From positions 1,240,001-1,304,000 of the forward strand of contig NC_027217.1 in the NCBI RefSeq assembly GCF_000981445.1: DNA of 64,000 nt. Reading direction: 5' to 3'. Positions 1-14,050 of the stretch are shown in pieces; the first letter of the stretch is position 1; each line of letters begins with the position of its first letter. This stretch comes from Babesia bigemina (Eukaryota). The notes below the pieces were generated by a model. It saw only the letters and a list, made by a program, of their open reading frames with translations, did not search any database and was not told the origin of the DNA. A program made the position numbers and the translations under genes.

Positions 1-518
1 CTCATGACCCCATCGTTGGCATCATATGCGGAAGCTTTTATACTTTCAACCCGGGTAATATCAGAATACGAAGCACTAGGCACCCCTTCAAACGTATTCG
101 GCACGCTGTAGGTTGCGTTTGCATTCGGTTTAGATTGTTTCATAGAGTTATCGTTGTTTATAGAAATGCCACCCACCCGTGACTTTTTCGACAGTTCAGG
201 GCCACTTGCAGCTTTATTCTGCAAGAATACGTTTTCACATTGAGCCACATCATTGTCTTTGGATTCCTTGGTTTCGTAGCATCTGCTGGTAGACCCATTA
301 TTTGGTTTGATCAGAGGCACGTCATCTACATCAGGGGCAACTATATGCTCGGGTTGTTTCTCTCCAGTGTGTTTTTCAAGATCGCCAGCATAACGTCTGC
401 CCTCGTCTACAGCTTTAGCTGTTGGATACGAATTGTCAGCGGCACTTTCTTCTGCTTTCTTTTCTTCTACTCTGCGCCCCGGACCGCTACCTTTGCCCCT
501 GCACGGTGTTGAAACGAC
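1..518 (-). CDS. Partial exon of a hypothetical low-complexity protein running off the window edge
   Basis: Open minus frame after a CCCAG acceptor at ~519 (VVSTPCRGKGSGPGRRVEEKKAEESAAD...DANDGVM), with no stop before position 1. Confidence 0.5.
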
Positions 519-903
519 CTGGGCAGAAAAGTAGAGTAAATGGTCAATGTATAAAACAAATCTAACGCAATTAAACGATATACAAACACGGTGTATGAAC
601 TACACAAAGTACAGAATTCAAGTACATGATTTGATAACCTTGAATTAAAAACGGCATATATACAACTGAATTGAAGTAAAACTCGACTGAAAATTTCAAG
701 ATCTCGGTAACGTGTCAACGACATGTTCAGACAGATTTCAATAATACTCACGCTTCTACGTCGTTGCGCAAATCTATCAGCGGGTTTTCGCCCTTCGCCA
801 CCTTGGAAACTCTAAAGCATAGACACCACTTCATTTTAGCAATCCAGTATTATAAATGTATGTGATATGTGCAGGCGTCCCCGCGCGTCTCGGCGTCGTG
901 TCC

Positions 904-1767
904 CTAGTGATCTCCATGCTCGAATTCCGGCAGCTGATTAATAATCGCATCAAGCTCTTCTTCTGTATATTCCCGATATTGACGATCATCAATTTTGATT
1001 CGCGCCATTTCTACATTTTTCTTAGTCATCTTATCTTTCATGACTTGGCGTAGTACTTCTAGTACCAGCAATTCAGCATCTATTCGGTTTGACAACTACA
1101 ATCTAAAACCTACCCCGAAAGGTCATATCATCTGTATAGCGTTCTTGCAAAATCGTTTCAGCACCCTCTTGTGCGGAGCCTATGGCCGCAGCTCTATACC
1201 TTATGCTAGTGCCTGAGGGATCCACACACCAAATGGCAGGGCCATTAGCATCTACTCCACCAACAAGCAATGCTACTCCGAATGGCCTACTCATAGTCTT
1301 TTTCTTTTTAGAATCGAAAATATCTGCAAAAAGTCACAAAACATTATCCGTGACCAACCTGAGAATTCCAGAGCCAAGTCTGCTATGGCCTCAACGCAGG
1401 ACCGTACAGCCATTGGTTCATTGTACACAAACGTATGATTTGCACATTCAGATCGAGCGTGGTCAACGAGAGTGCGGGCATCCGCAATGAGTCCGCTCAT
1501 CGTACATCCAATATGACTATCGATTTCCATGATTTTTTCGAGCGAGACCGATTCCATCAACGTCGAACTCATGCGGTGCTCAGATGCAAAAATGATGCCT
1601 TCACCTGTGGCAACGGCTAGGGCTGTGCTACCCAGCTTTATGGCCCCCAAGGCATATTCCACCTGGAATATACGACCTTCCGGGGAGAAGGTGTTTACAC
1701 CCCTATCATATTCGTTCCTAAAAATATTTCAGACACACATTTATTGCACAAACCTTGCTGTAAACAT
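904..1767 (-). CDS. PSMA5: 20S proteasome subunit alpha type-5 (multi-exon)
   Basis: Spliced [61 protein letters not shown]. Confidence 0.95.
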
Positions 1768-2447
1768 CTCTGCAGTTTTGCTAATAATTATTGCCTCGTG
1801 CCGCATCTACCCTAGAAACCACTGGGGCTTAGCCGTCAGCGCCTTTCGCTTCCCTACTGGAATGCACCGTTTGCTGCTACCTAATGTAATGCGCACCAAA
1901 CCTTGTAATTTAATCGCAATGGATGCCAAATAGCGCGTCTTTTATGTGAAACGATCTCGTCGATCATCATCACGGTGGCGATGGATCGATGAGAACTGGC
2001 AAGACATTGCTTACAGTTGTACACATCTGGTATGTGCGCAAATTGGAACGTTCCTTTTAGTTAATCAAGTTAAGCAGTGCGTGCTGGTCGTGTTTCGGCT
2101 TCTGTTACAACGCTATTCCCATGTGACCGCCTACTAACGCCATTTACTGATATTTCCGATAAGTATAATAACAAATAATGCTATATTTTTTTTTACAGAG
2201 GTTGCGAGATGGATGGAAAATTGTCATCGCCTGTATGCTTTGTATCACTCAAAATACGCACTGCTTGGTGTTCCCTAAGCGACAAATTATTAATTACTCC
2301 GCTACAAACTAGTACATCTAGCATGGTACTTGTTCGGCTTCCGCGTTATACCCCAGTCCTGTGACTACCTCGCGCCGCACGTGCCCAACCTCATGTACTA
2401 CTGACAGTTGCTAAAACTGAAAACAACACCAGCCAAACTTGCGTCAC

Positions 2448-3712
2448 ATGATGATGGCCACTTACCCAACTAATGCCGAGCTCCAGAAGATGGGCGAATG
2501 GGAGCGTAAGGCTATATGGAGGAAGATGCCCAAAATGGAACTCCACTTACACGGAGATATTGCATGCCCCGTCAACAAACTCATCGAGGCAAGTATTATA
2601 GAAAAATTTACCAGATCTTGCAGATATATTCCGATTATGCATCCGGCGACACCGCATTCACTGAGCAGGATATCCTCCAAAACATCGTGTGCAACTACAA
2701 AATCAAGGACTTGGTCGAATTCATCGATAAGACACGCATGATATGCAAGGTTACTATAATTTTCATACCATACATACATCTCAGATATTTTCAAATAATC
2801 AGAAAATCCTTGAAAGATGTACAACGGAAGCAATATTAGCCAAGCACCGTGAGGGCGTTGTGTAGGTTGCAGCAGAAACAAAAATCAACGTTACATAGGG
2901 GTCTGGAATTCAGGTTTTCACCTGCATATTTAGCGGAGGGATGCGGGTACAGTTTTGACGAAGTGCTCGACAGCGTTTTCGATGGTATAGAGCAGGCGAA
3001 GCAGCAAATCACAACTCCTTTCGAGGTCCGCAAGATACTTTTTTGTCTTTATGTTATTGCAGGTTGGCGCAATATATATTGGTGAGGTTGGTATCGACGA
3101 CAAGTTTTCTTTTGAAGACTCCGTTGATTACTTCTTGAAAAATCGTGAAAAATTTATTGGGTTTGACAATGCTGGTTATCCTGCGCCATTTTCTCCGCAC
3201 GCGGCACAATTTAAACGCCTTGTTGATGCGGGTGTAAATTTAACGCTTCATGCGGGGGAGACTCCCCCTGATTGTAACGATCGTTTGGCTACCGCACTCG
3301 ACCTTGGTGCCCAGCGTATAGGCCACGGCATTGAGTGCGTGAAATCGCCGGAAATGATGAAACGCCTTATTGATCAGGATGTGATATTGGAGGTGTGCCC
3401 CAAATCTAATTGGATTACCAACCCCGCCATCAACATGAACGACCACCCAATAAGAAGAATTTACGACGCGGGCGTCAAGATATGTATCAACACCGACGAC
3501 CCTATGATGATGACCAACAGTCTGCACGGTTAGTCTCCATTGGGAATGCGTATAACAATCATACAGAGGAGTACGATATGCTCTTTACACATTTAGGTTT
3601 CGGTTATGAGGATTTTGTGAAGATGAATACCTGGGCACTAGAGAAGTCCTTCCTCAGCAGGGAGGCCAAAATAAAACTCAAGGAAACGTACTTTCCCGGC
3701 GCCAAGATATAG
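2448..3712 (+). CDS. ADA: Adenosine deaminase (multi-exon)
   Basis: PKMELHLH, EFRFSP, HAGE, RIGHG, EVCPKSN and NTDDP metal-binding/catalytic motifs. Confidence 0.93.
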
Positions 3713-3769
3713 CAAAGCGTAATGCATAACGCGATAGATTCCATCACTGTTAAACTGATTTTCCGCGAT

Positions 3770-5300
3770 TTACAAAGTTGAAAAGTGTTTCTTTATTTTG
3801 CTAAGCTTAATTGCAATTTCAGCAGAGTCCATCCATTCGTCGTTGGTTAACACTTCTCCAGCAGCCGGTGAATTCCTCAAATTTCTATTTCGCATTAAAA
3901 CGAGCATAGGGTACGTACCTTACGTATGACACTTTACCGTCATTACTTGTTAAATCTATCCACTTAAACCACGGGATGCGGCGGATGCTCCAACCCAAAT
4001 TTTCGAGAACTCTGAGCTTGTGTTTCTATGGTGGTTGACTTCAAACCTGTGTTGTAGCTTCACTTGATTGGTGTAGTGTGTTGTACCAGTGTAGAAGCAA
4101 GATGGACCGTCAACAAACCAACAGTTTTTCCGCTCTTCCACCTCGCCGATGTCGATCCAGTAGCACCCCCAATAAAATGAATTACGATGAGCGATCCCTA
4201 GTCTTCCAAGTGCGTGTGACACGTCCCAGTGGAATGCCGAAGGTTTGTTCAATGGCAGATGGATCTTCCTTGTGCTGCGGAGTATGAAATGCATTATATG
4301 GCCATACCTCAGGCGTGTATAAAATTCCCGGGTATTTCTATCAAGTTGTGACCACACATCGGGCATCAGCACTCTCATAGCCACGGCGGTGGTAATACCA
4401 TGATGCAAATATTGAGGCCGAGCACATATAAAGGTTCTGAGACACGTCAATGATCTCATTAATAAGGCGATACTTTGAAAATCTTTCCATGATGTATTTC
4501 TGCGTCCTCTCGTCGTAGAGGTATATCATTGCAACGGCGTTGATGACGTTTCTAAAGTCTTGAGCATATATGGTTTGTAGTCTCTCCACCATATTCTCGG
4601 AAATGACCTTTTTGAAGACAGGATTGCAGATGTCCTTAACATTGGTTACCATCTAGACAAATCGGACTCACCAATCTGCCCAACCCATTACATATTTTAA
4701 TTAGATCCGCCACTCTCAATTCCGATATTCTCTCAACAACCAACGATGAGAGCTATATACTACGGTTTCTGTTCAAGGATTAACATACCCTCGTTAAAAA
4801 TTTAGTTTCCCTAATTTGGAGTCGATTGAGTGCCCACACTATGGACATAAGGCTGCTGCTGCTCAATGTGCTCAATACAGGTTCAGTTTGCTTCATTAGT
4901 TCGTCATAGAAATGTTTATTGAGAAATCGGCTCTTACCGAATCTGAAAGATATTAAGAAATATAATTAACGTTTACCCGTAATATATATACCCGATTTGT
5001 TGCGATGTTAAATGCGACGAAAGGTCTAAGACCCTCTTGACGAACGAATGCCTACAAAAAGTGAAACATTGGTCACGACAACCCACCATAGTCTGACATC
5101 ATGTTTCCTAATTACAGCTGCCTTCTGTACTGCGGCAGATAATAACCAACCGTCCATTAGTTCCGTTGGTGCGTGTAGTGATACCTTTATCGGCATCCAA
5201 AATTTACGAGTCCTACATTTTTAATACAGGATATATTTGTGAAATAGACAAGTCACCTTTGTTGCGTCCATGATCGGAAACGTTTATGTACCCTTTTACC
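3770..5300 (-). CDS. RAP-domain RNA-binding protein (multi-exon; start approximate)
   Basis: C-terminal RAP pattern HWDVSHAL...YWIDI...FVDGPSCFY...KLQHR-VLENLGWSIRRIPWFKW; stop at 3770. Confidence 0.8.
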
Positions 5301-5765
5301 ATGTAGCCGAACTCTTGCTTCACGTCTTATTGATCGAGTGATTATTTGCTCGCGAGCCCTGAGTATAGCCATTTAACCATTTACCTTCCAATATAAAAGG
5401 ATGTTACACAAATGATTTTCAGGTCATCCTTATAACTCAATATTGAGGAATGTGGCGAACAAATTGCGCCGCCTTCAAAACTAATTTTAGCCTCAACCTA
5501 AATGCCCAATTTTAAAGGGTACAACACAATTGATGTCTTTGGTGACGCAATATGGATTTACATTCGATAAACCCTGAATTGTGTAATGTATGAGGTAGTT
5601 GTATTTATGACGGAAGGTTCTTCAGACATGATACACACCGGCCACTAACTATTAGTACCAAACAAATCAGCATATGAATTTACTAAAACGAGATGTTATT
5701 TTGATAAAAGTAATACAGATGTGAGAGGCCGCGCATAACTGGATAGCGCATATTTAAGTTTCGCG

Positions 5766-6625
5766 ATGACCGATAGGTCGAAGAACATCAAGCTATTCGG
5801 TCCGTTAAATATGTATACAATAAAATTTACTTCAGTTGGTAATTTACCGTATGAGGTGACGGAATCGGAATTGAGAAATGTGCTTCAAGGCTGTGGCAAC
5901 ATACGTTTCCTAATGTAGGTCTTCCGATCTTAATCGGTTTCATGTAATATTGTAGCATACGAAAAGACAAGCAAACAAACAAGAGTAAAGGATACGCACA
6001 CGTTGAATATCGTCACGAATGGGAAGCTGTTGAGGCCTTTAAACGTCTTTTAGGGAAGGAGCTGCGGGGCAGAATCCTCAAGGTTGACTTTTGTGAGGAC
6101 GTTATTCGTAGCCGCCACCCCGACCTGGTTGCAGCTGCTGCTTCCGTCTTTCAGAATGGTGTAGCCATCGCCGTATCGCAATCTCCGTCTGTTTTTCCAG
6201 ACTTTGTATTTGAAACTTCTACACATGTTAATCAGACACCATTTCTCTATCCGGCAACTCAGCACATACCCTTCAACAACTCCTCCGTTGAAATCGCCAT
6301 ACACCAGGATGAATTTGAACAGAAAAGGGGGAGGTGCGACGAAGAAATGCTGATTGATGAGAAAGGCCGCATTTGTAATAGAGAGTTGCTGCGTCTTGTC
6401 AAGGAAATGAATATGTTTGATATAGCGAAATATGTTGAAGAAATAGACCATATGATATCAAAGTCTCCTATGAATACTCGTTATGTCCTGCAAGGGAATC
6501 CGAAAATGCAATCTGCTCTCATTCATGCCAAAGTGTTACTTGGGTCGACTTCTCTAGATCTCACAAGAGCAACGAAAAGTGTACAAGAATTTGACGTAGC
6601 ACTGGATTATTTTAATTTCAGTTAA
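5766..6625 (+). CDS. CSTF2: RRM protein, cleavage stimulation factor 64 kDa/RNA15-like
   Basis: Spliced LFVGNLPY (RNP2), KSKGYAHVEY (RNP1), GRILKVD; hinge-like SPMNTRYVLQGNPKMQSALIHAKVLLG. Confidence 0.75.
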
Positions 6626-6654
6626 GGGGTGTATGCGTGAGGTTTTTGCGAAGA

Positions 6655-8961
6655 ATGGCGTGTTTTATTCGTCTATTGAGGCGCACCATCGATGGGAGAC
6701 GTATAACAAAACGGCTGTTTCATCATTTTACATGTGATTGTAATTTTCATCATAATAGTGATTACATCAGGTCAAATATTACGCAATTGGAAGCTTATAA
6801 TTTGACAAAGGATGTAAATGGTCAAATGATTTGCATGACTGCACTTTGCGGACTCAATGTGGGTATGCTTGATGATAGGGTATGCTCCGCCATTGACAAC
6901 GTAAAATACACAGTTAAAAACACGACCATAACTTCTGATACTCTAATACAAGTTTTGAGGTGCCTTTATAAGTTTGGTGATATACCAGGACTTGTGGAGG
7001 TTTTGCGCCAATTCACTGCCGATGTAGTATTTATTAAACCTACCGATGTCGTCGCCCTGATTCGAATCTGTGTCGTTCACGGCAAGGGCAGTGAAGTGTT
7101 ACCGTCTTTAATAGATACTAGTTCGGAATATATTAGGTCGGCTTTTCATGCGTTAACCTTGGATGATAAATTGAGTTATCTGTTGTCTTGCAGCGATTTT
7201 TGCGAGCACCATGAGATGGTTAGTTTAGCTTTGACTATGTATGCAGCAAATGTTGCTAATTTTGATTCCGGTAATTGGAGGACGCTTAAAACCGTATTAA
7301 CTTCCTTACGACTTTATAAAAAATTTAGGACGCTAGAAAATGGTAGCGCTATGCCAAAATTAGCATCACAATCGCTCGAAAAAGTACTAGAATGCATTGA
7401 GCAGTTAGATCGTAACTATTCACTGGAACATTGTGATCTTATCTCAAGGACGTGCTACATGCTAGCTGTATTATGCAGGAATGACAAAGCCGATGACAAC
7501 GTGAATGCACTTTTCCGGTTGTTGTGGAATATCAGTGGAGATGACAATGCAAATATGTTTACAACGAGAAGTGTTATTTACATAATACGTGCAATGCTTT
7601 TGTTCCGTCTGGGCGATTCAACCGTTAAAAGGGGATTTGTGTCGCTGGTCATTATCAAGGGTACACGGATATCGCTGCCTGACGCCGTTTCATGTTTAAA
7701 GTGTATTGATGATCATGATTTCACAGGGATATCGTCGCAGATATTGAGCCTAATTAGTGGTTTCGATTCTGGCAGTTATGCTAGCCTTCTTAAATGTTAT
7801 GCGAGACATTCTGCTAGACTTTCCACCCATGTGTTAGAGCAGCTGAGGAGTCAGTTTTGTGCAATCTACAACCGTATGTCGCCATTAGAGTTTGCTCAAT
7901 GTTTCAGTTATTCGGTTGCTATGGGATTAGTTGACGGTCCGACATTACAAATGGCAGTTGCTTATATTAATAAACATTCTATGCATCTTAGACCTAGGGA
8001 AGTGAGTCTGTTGTTTCATGCTTTCACCAAGACCAGGTATATTCCCCCTGATAATGTAATTAAAATCTTTTACCGTGTTTTGCAAACGAATACAACCCAA
8101 ATTGCGTTGGATGATATGATCAGGTGTTATAATTTCATTTCTAAACACCGGATTCATTCGTTTGGGATTACCGACTTTTTGTTTAAGGCAATAGAAAAAC
8201 TACTGGATGGACAGGTGCCAATATATCAGCTATGCTTCTTGGCGTTTGCAACCATACGTTGCAGAGATAGACGTTTTAAAACCCGTGTGTATAGCGCCAT
8301 CTTTGAGTGTTGCAAGAACATGACCATGCAGCAATTATGTTTTATTTGCAAAACATTGGCCATGAGTGTATGCAGGAATCGTGACATTTATGCAAAGTTG
8401 TGCAATCAGATGCGGAACCACGGTTCTTTTGGAACACAGGTAACGTCTGATTACCACGAATTAACATGGTTTTAGGACATAGAAAATATCATAGCAGCGA
8501 TCAGACATGGGAATTTACCAGAATCATTCATTCAATGGATACTGGATGAGTGCCCGATGACTCCTGCTCAACGTTTTGTGTTATTTGGAGGCGATGTTGA
8601 CGTCGAGAAACTCGACGATTCGGAAGTGCTGATTTGCATTATGTCTGTTCGTGACAAATCGCGCATTACTTTTCACAATCATGTGATTAAAAGGCTGTGT
8701 ACGCGAATCTGTAAGATGTCGTCGACCATATCCCCTTACGTAGCTCAAGCCGTAACGGACGCACTACAGAACACTGGGCACCTAAAACCGAAACTAGACA
8801 GACTATTGACGAAAGAAAACAAAAATGAGTATTGTAAACGTATGAGAAATCACGTTAATGGGGTGTATCGGGGAGATGCGCTACCTACAAGAAAAAGTGA
8901 GTCTTTAGGTTTCAGGTCAATTCTATTCCATCCCCCCCACGTACATCCGTATGGTTTATGA
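6655..8961 (+). CDS. Hypothetical helical-repeat protein, possibly organelle-targeted
   Basis: 612-aa ORF plus a second exon after a GT-AG intron at ~8440-8476; basic N-terminus; Leu-rich helical composition. Confidence 0.7.
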
Positions 8962-8973
8962 ATAGTTCAACTA

Positions 8974-10300
8974 ATGTCGTTTGAACAGAAGGCATCTCAT
9001 TCTTCTTATGCGTATATTTTTGATCCTGGGTCATTTTCGGGCTTAGGTGATTGATATGCATTGGATCTTAGGGGTCAAGTAACAAAGAGGGCCCCTAGCG
9101 ATGTAAACGACGCCGGTTGCAACATGCAGAACAATGACGTCGAGTATGTATTGAATAACGGGTCGTACGCCTTTGATGGTCCAGCGAAAAGTGCAGCGAC
9201 GTGTAGGAGTTGGTGCGGAGGGAATACTCGCAGCAAAGTGCAGAGTAAACTACAGACGTCAAAAGAGGCAATTGTTGCCTGATAGAGAAGTAACGTGAGT
9301 GTAGTGTGATTTTCCTTCATACAACGAGTGTGCAACACTGGTCAAAAGGGTGAAGCATTGGGAGGCGGATGGCAGCGACGGAGTCTACATCTCCTACAGC
9401 AAGTGACTCCTTTCACTCCCAAAAGATCTCTGTAGCGAGACTTACAAGACATACATAAGCTCTAATCTGTTAAACTATGTATTCATGCCCCAACATGGCC
9501 TGGTTATCTCCTAATGTCTACGACCGTACACTGCCCGCTCAATATGAACGTGGGTGTGTAATCTGCACAATCCCGTCGGTGATGCACTCACGGATTATGG
9601 ACAAATGCAGTTTGAAATGCGTATGTATGGCGCGAATGTGTACTATAACGTCGCTGACGGCCATCTGTTGGAGGTGGCCCACACGTTGCCCCTGTACGGA
9701 CGGTCATCCTTCGTCAACCACGCCATCAGTCGTAACAGCATTTTGCAGAATACGGTGGTATGTGTGCTAATGGTCATAAGAGGCATAACAGCTGGAACTA
9801 ATGAAAGCGTTAACCGTTACATTCTGAACTCAACCATCCAATACACCAGCTAATTATAGAATTTGGAGCTGGAGGCCGGCACGAGACTCTGCGCGGAGGG
9901 TTAAGCAAATAGAGCGACCACACAAACATCCTCCTTCTCCAGGAAGGATATGCGCAGGGTGTATCAGACTATGGTGTTTATAGTGGAGGCCCCGCCACTG
10001 CAAGTCACATTCGCAGCGGATCAGGTGTCGTCAGACCTCTTGCGAGGCTTCTAAAGGCGCGTTGGAAGCCCGACTGGGAAAGCCGTGAAATGGAATTACT
10101 GACGGAGCATACGATCAACCGCCGAAGTTCGAAGCGATGCCTCGAGTGATGAGGGAGATGGAACTCAGTCGATTACGATTCTGCCACAGAATATGGCGTG
10201 TGGAAATGCACATGGGATAAACATTTTACTATTTCCACAGCTGCAAGATTATTTATGCGGAATTTCTCACCATATAAGGCGGGCTTGAGGATTTAATAAG
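8974..10300 (+). CDS. Hypothetical protein split by many short introns (bounds approximate)
   Basis: Successive short exons joined by GT-AG introns (RRVGVGAEGILAAKC..., VKHWEADGSDGVYISY..., CNLHNPVGDALTDYG...). Confidence 0.4.
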
Positions 10301-10698
10301 CACTCCAAGCTAAGTTAGTCGTACGTGACCACTTCGCACACTGCAGGCAGATTGATGAGAGAAAGTAGACAGTCTACGCCTCTACAAGGATTTCAACATC
10401 ATGAATATGAACTTGAATCCTCAACCGATTAGCTAAATATACAAATGGAGAACTAAATATGAAGGGTTGTCAATTTGTTACAGTGTAGAGATTGTGTATG
10501 AATCATCAAGCGTGCCAGACAGAGTTTAAATGCCACTTGTGATTCCAAAGGTACGACACTTGATGTCTCCAGAATCTTTTGCGAAACGTTTAGTTATTAT
10601 TAGACCATGTTATCAACCCACTCGTTGATATTGACTGTATCAACTGAACGAAATTGTACGGGATTGATTCCTCACACTTAACACAGACGTTAGGAAGG

Positions 10699-13309
10699 AT
10701 GGCGTATAGATTAAGAATTTACAACATCCCTTGTTTCTACATTACCGCATTCGTGATAGTTTCTGGTAAAAATACAAAACTGCTTTTTGCAAATGTTTTA
10801 CAGAATATTTGAAGGTTTCGTTTGCACTTCGTAAATGGGAACGAAAAGAGACCTCCGACGATGCGGTTCTAGATACGAGTGCTTTGCACTGTGAATATTG
10901 TGACCCGTGGTCTGAGTGGAGCGTATGCAACGGGAACAATGAACAGTTCAGGCTTAGATGGTGTGTGTTTAAGAGAACTAACGCGCCCGTCATGAATCCA
11001 AACAACCCAATGGGTGTACCTAGAGAACCTTTGGAGCGGCTTCAATTTATAGAACACAGACCACGGCGGCATTCATCACCGGATGCAGCGGTGGAGTTGT
11101 CTTTGAAGCACGCTAATTGCACGGATTCATTGTTGCCACTTGATGTTTGTGGCCAAAAGCAGTCGGCGACAGGCCCAGTGCCCCCATTTAATAGTACAAA
11201 CATCGGACAACAACGTACAGACGTGCGAAATGATCAAGATACATACAAGGATTCTGATGTGAGTCCCAAGGTTGGCCATGCAAGATTAGAAACTGAACAT
11301 AAAATGTTACAAGAAAAGAGTGCATTTAACCTTCAACAGCCACGTTGCCAACTGGAACTCAACAAAATGGGTAGTGATATATATACGCGGAGGGAACTGG
11401 CTAAGACAGAACGGCAGGAAGCAATTTTGCGTCGAGAAGTTACACTAAAACGTTACGGCGACCTCTGCGCAGGTGTGCTTTCGGCGTTGGATCCTCACAT
11501 TCTATCTCAAATTGAGGAGGATAAAAGGCGTGCTAAGGTGGAATATGACAGAGCCGATAATGCGTTGAAACAACAGATATTGAATGCTAAGGTTGAAGAT
11601 GAGAGAGCTATGGCAAATATCTCAGTGAACAACACACCTGGTAACGCTATAGTTGATAAGTTGCGTAGTGATATTTATAAACAGAGGCAGTATTTTAGGG
11701 AAGAACGTGAAAAACTGGAATATAATCGGGGAGTTGCGCTAAAGCGTTATGACGACCTCTGCGCAGGTGTGCTTTCGGCGTTGGATCCTCACATTCTATC
11801 TCAAATTGAGGAGGATAAAAGGCGTGCTAAGGTGGAATATGACAGAGCCGATAATGCGTTGAAACAACAGATATTGAATGCTAAGGTTGAAGATGAGAGA
11901 GCTATGACAGTTTTCAATGCGGAGTCGAGGCGTTGTGCAATGGAATTAGGGTTGGGGCATAATGTTAAGGATACATCACAAAGAGACATACGCGTTGAAG
12001 CACGACTGAATAATAATGTTCAAAAGATCGAAGAACAAATAGATGATGCTGATACATTGCGTCCCGAAAAACGTAAAGCTGTGGAAGAAGGTACTTACGA
12101 CACACCCAATAGTGATAATAAACCGCACAATAACACTATGGAAGGGGCATATAGTAGCAAAAAGCAAGACCAAGACGTATCTGGAGATCTGCATGCAACA
12201 TCAAACCTGGCAAAATCCGAGGAATTGCTGGTGAATGACGGACCCACCAAAACTGATACAGATAAGTTTAGTCATGATCCGGCAAAGCAACATCCTACGG
12301 GACCCACATCCGTTTATCAGCGAAATACAGTTGATATATACGAGAGGGATGACGCTGTGCATGAAAGTGCTGACGAATCTGGAACCTTATCAGACGGTAC
12401 ATCTAACACATCGAAGACAGTGATGAATGCGGATCTGTGGAAGACGCCTGCGTCAGTAACTGAAAAGAGGCGAATCAAGTCAACTTCTACGGACAATTCA
12501 GCTGCTTCGAAGAATGACACTCAAGGCGTACCAAAGCACGGTAACAATTCCGAAGCTCAGGTACTAGCCGGCATAGCCAAAAAAGTTGCTCATTTCGATG
12601 GTCCAAAACAGAGGCGGTTGGTAGAATCTAAAAAGGACGGGAATAGATATATTATGGATTTGGCGCATGATACTATAATCACCAATGGTAAAAGAATAGG
12701 AACAAGCCAGCCACTGCACTCAAAATGGCATCAGCGGCCACTAATTGAACATGCACAAACGGGATTGGGAGCATCGCTAAAAGAAAACACAAGTATAAGA
12801 TCGCCACAAGCTTCGGCGAACGTAAAAAGCGTTATGTCCCACAGAAGCCCTAATCATACAATCTCACAACATAGCAAGGGTCTTACAGAAGGGAAAACTC
12901 TTCCACTAGACACAGACGAGCGGAAGCATTCAGATAATCCATATAATGGTGGAACAGATAGTGTTGTATTAAAAATAACGCCAAGTAGTACAGGAAACGC
13001 GGACAAAGATATCAATGTACAAACGATGCTAGCACCAGCTACTGCTGAAAAGTTTATCCCGAAAAGGATTTATCGACAAACAGTTAAGATGGCTGGCGCT
13101 GGAATTGCTGTTTTACTAATACTCACAGCCGGCTCCGCTGTTTACATCAAAAAGAAACGGTAGGTATTCGCTATAGTGTAAACAGAATCCTATGCAGTGA
13201 GGAATCATCACTTTTAATGGCAGAAGAGGTCGGTTTTGATATTTATGACAGTGGGAATACAACAAAAGTGGAAACAGCGGTACATATAGGCGACAATAGT
13301 TGGGCCTAA
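10699..13309 (+). CDS. Type-I membrane protein: signal peptide, TSP1-like motif, coiled-coil repeat, TM, acidic Trp tail (TRAP-like)
   Basis: Exon 1 MAYRLRIYNIPCFYITAFVIVS, intron 10766-10803; CEYCDPWSEWSVC...QFRLRWC; TM AGAGIAVLLILTAGSAVYI; intron 13160-13197; tail EESSLLMAEEVGFD...IGDNSWA*. Confidence 0.85.
11459..11906 (+). repeat. 154-bp direct repeat (11459-11612 and 11753-11906) within the CDS
   Basis: Copies identical by eye, offset 294 bp; both encode DLCAGVLSALDPHILSQIEEDKRRAKVEYDRADNALKQQILNAKVEDERAM. Confidence 0.95.
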
Positions 13310-14050
13310 ACTATAAATATCTCGGATAGTGGTTTGCTTCATTTAAGCATCAACCCCTAGTAAACTTGGGTGATTATTACGATGTGTAAAATAAGTGAGC
13401 GCAATATAATGCTGACGTGTCAACTTGGTGCACGTTTTATAATCGGCCCTGCTTTACACATGTCAACACTTCGTGCTCATCTATTAAGGCGTTTAACAAT
13501 ACACATCAAACGCAGTCCGTAATAATATCCAAACAAAAGAAACGTAGACCATTTATGCTCTTCCAGGCCGCTCGATGTCGCAGTCTTGCAACAACGTGCA
13601 CCTTTGGTGCCGTTACAGCATTGCACTTTGATGTCGCCGTTAGAATCCACAGAAAATTGAAGTTCACAATCGCCAGTATAATTTGAAAACCTTAAAATCA
13701 CTAATAAGTAAATTAGTGATTCACATTTTTGTATGAGGGATATGCAACGCTGCGAAATCATATAAAACATAGCATCGTTGTACACAGTATCGCTGACATG
13801 CTCATTTTGCTGAAGGCGCCTGTATTTTGGATACATGAAGGATTAGTAATATTACTGCACGTTGCATTCTTGATGATTGCCGATTACTGTCCACCGTTAA
13901 AAACGACATCGGTGCAGTCATAGGCCTGGGATCTTTCTTATTTCGACGTTTTGACTTATACGCATGAGAGTTTCATTTCGAGAAATATTCGAGACAAAGT
14001 TATAGAAGAATCCTGTTCAATAGGCCGAAAAATTAGTCTCCAGTATAAAA

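Noticed and set aside
1103..3533. Fragmented ORFs as frameshifted pseudogenes
   Set aside because: Breaks coincide with ~35-nt GT-AG introns that restore the frame
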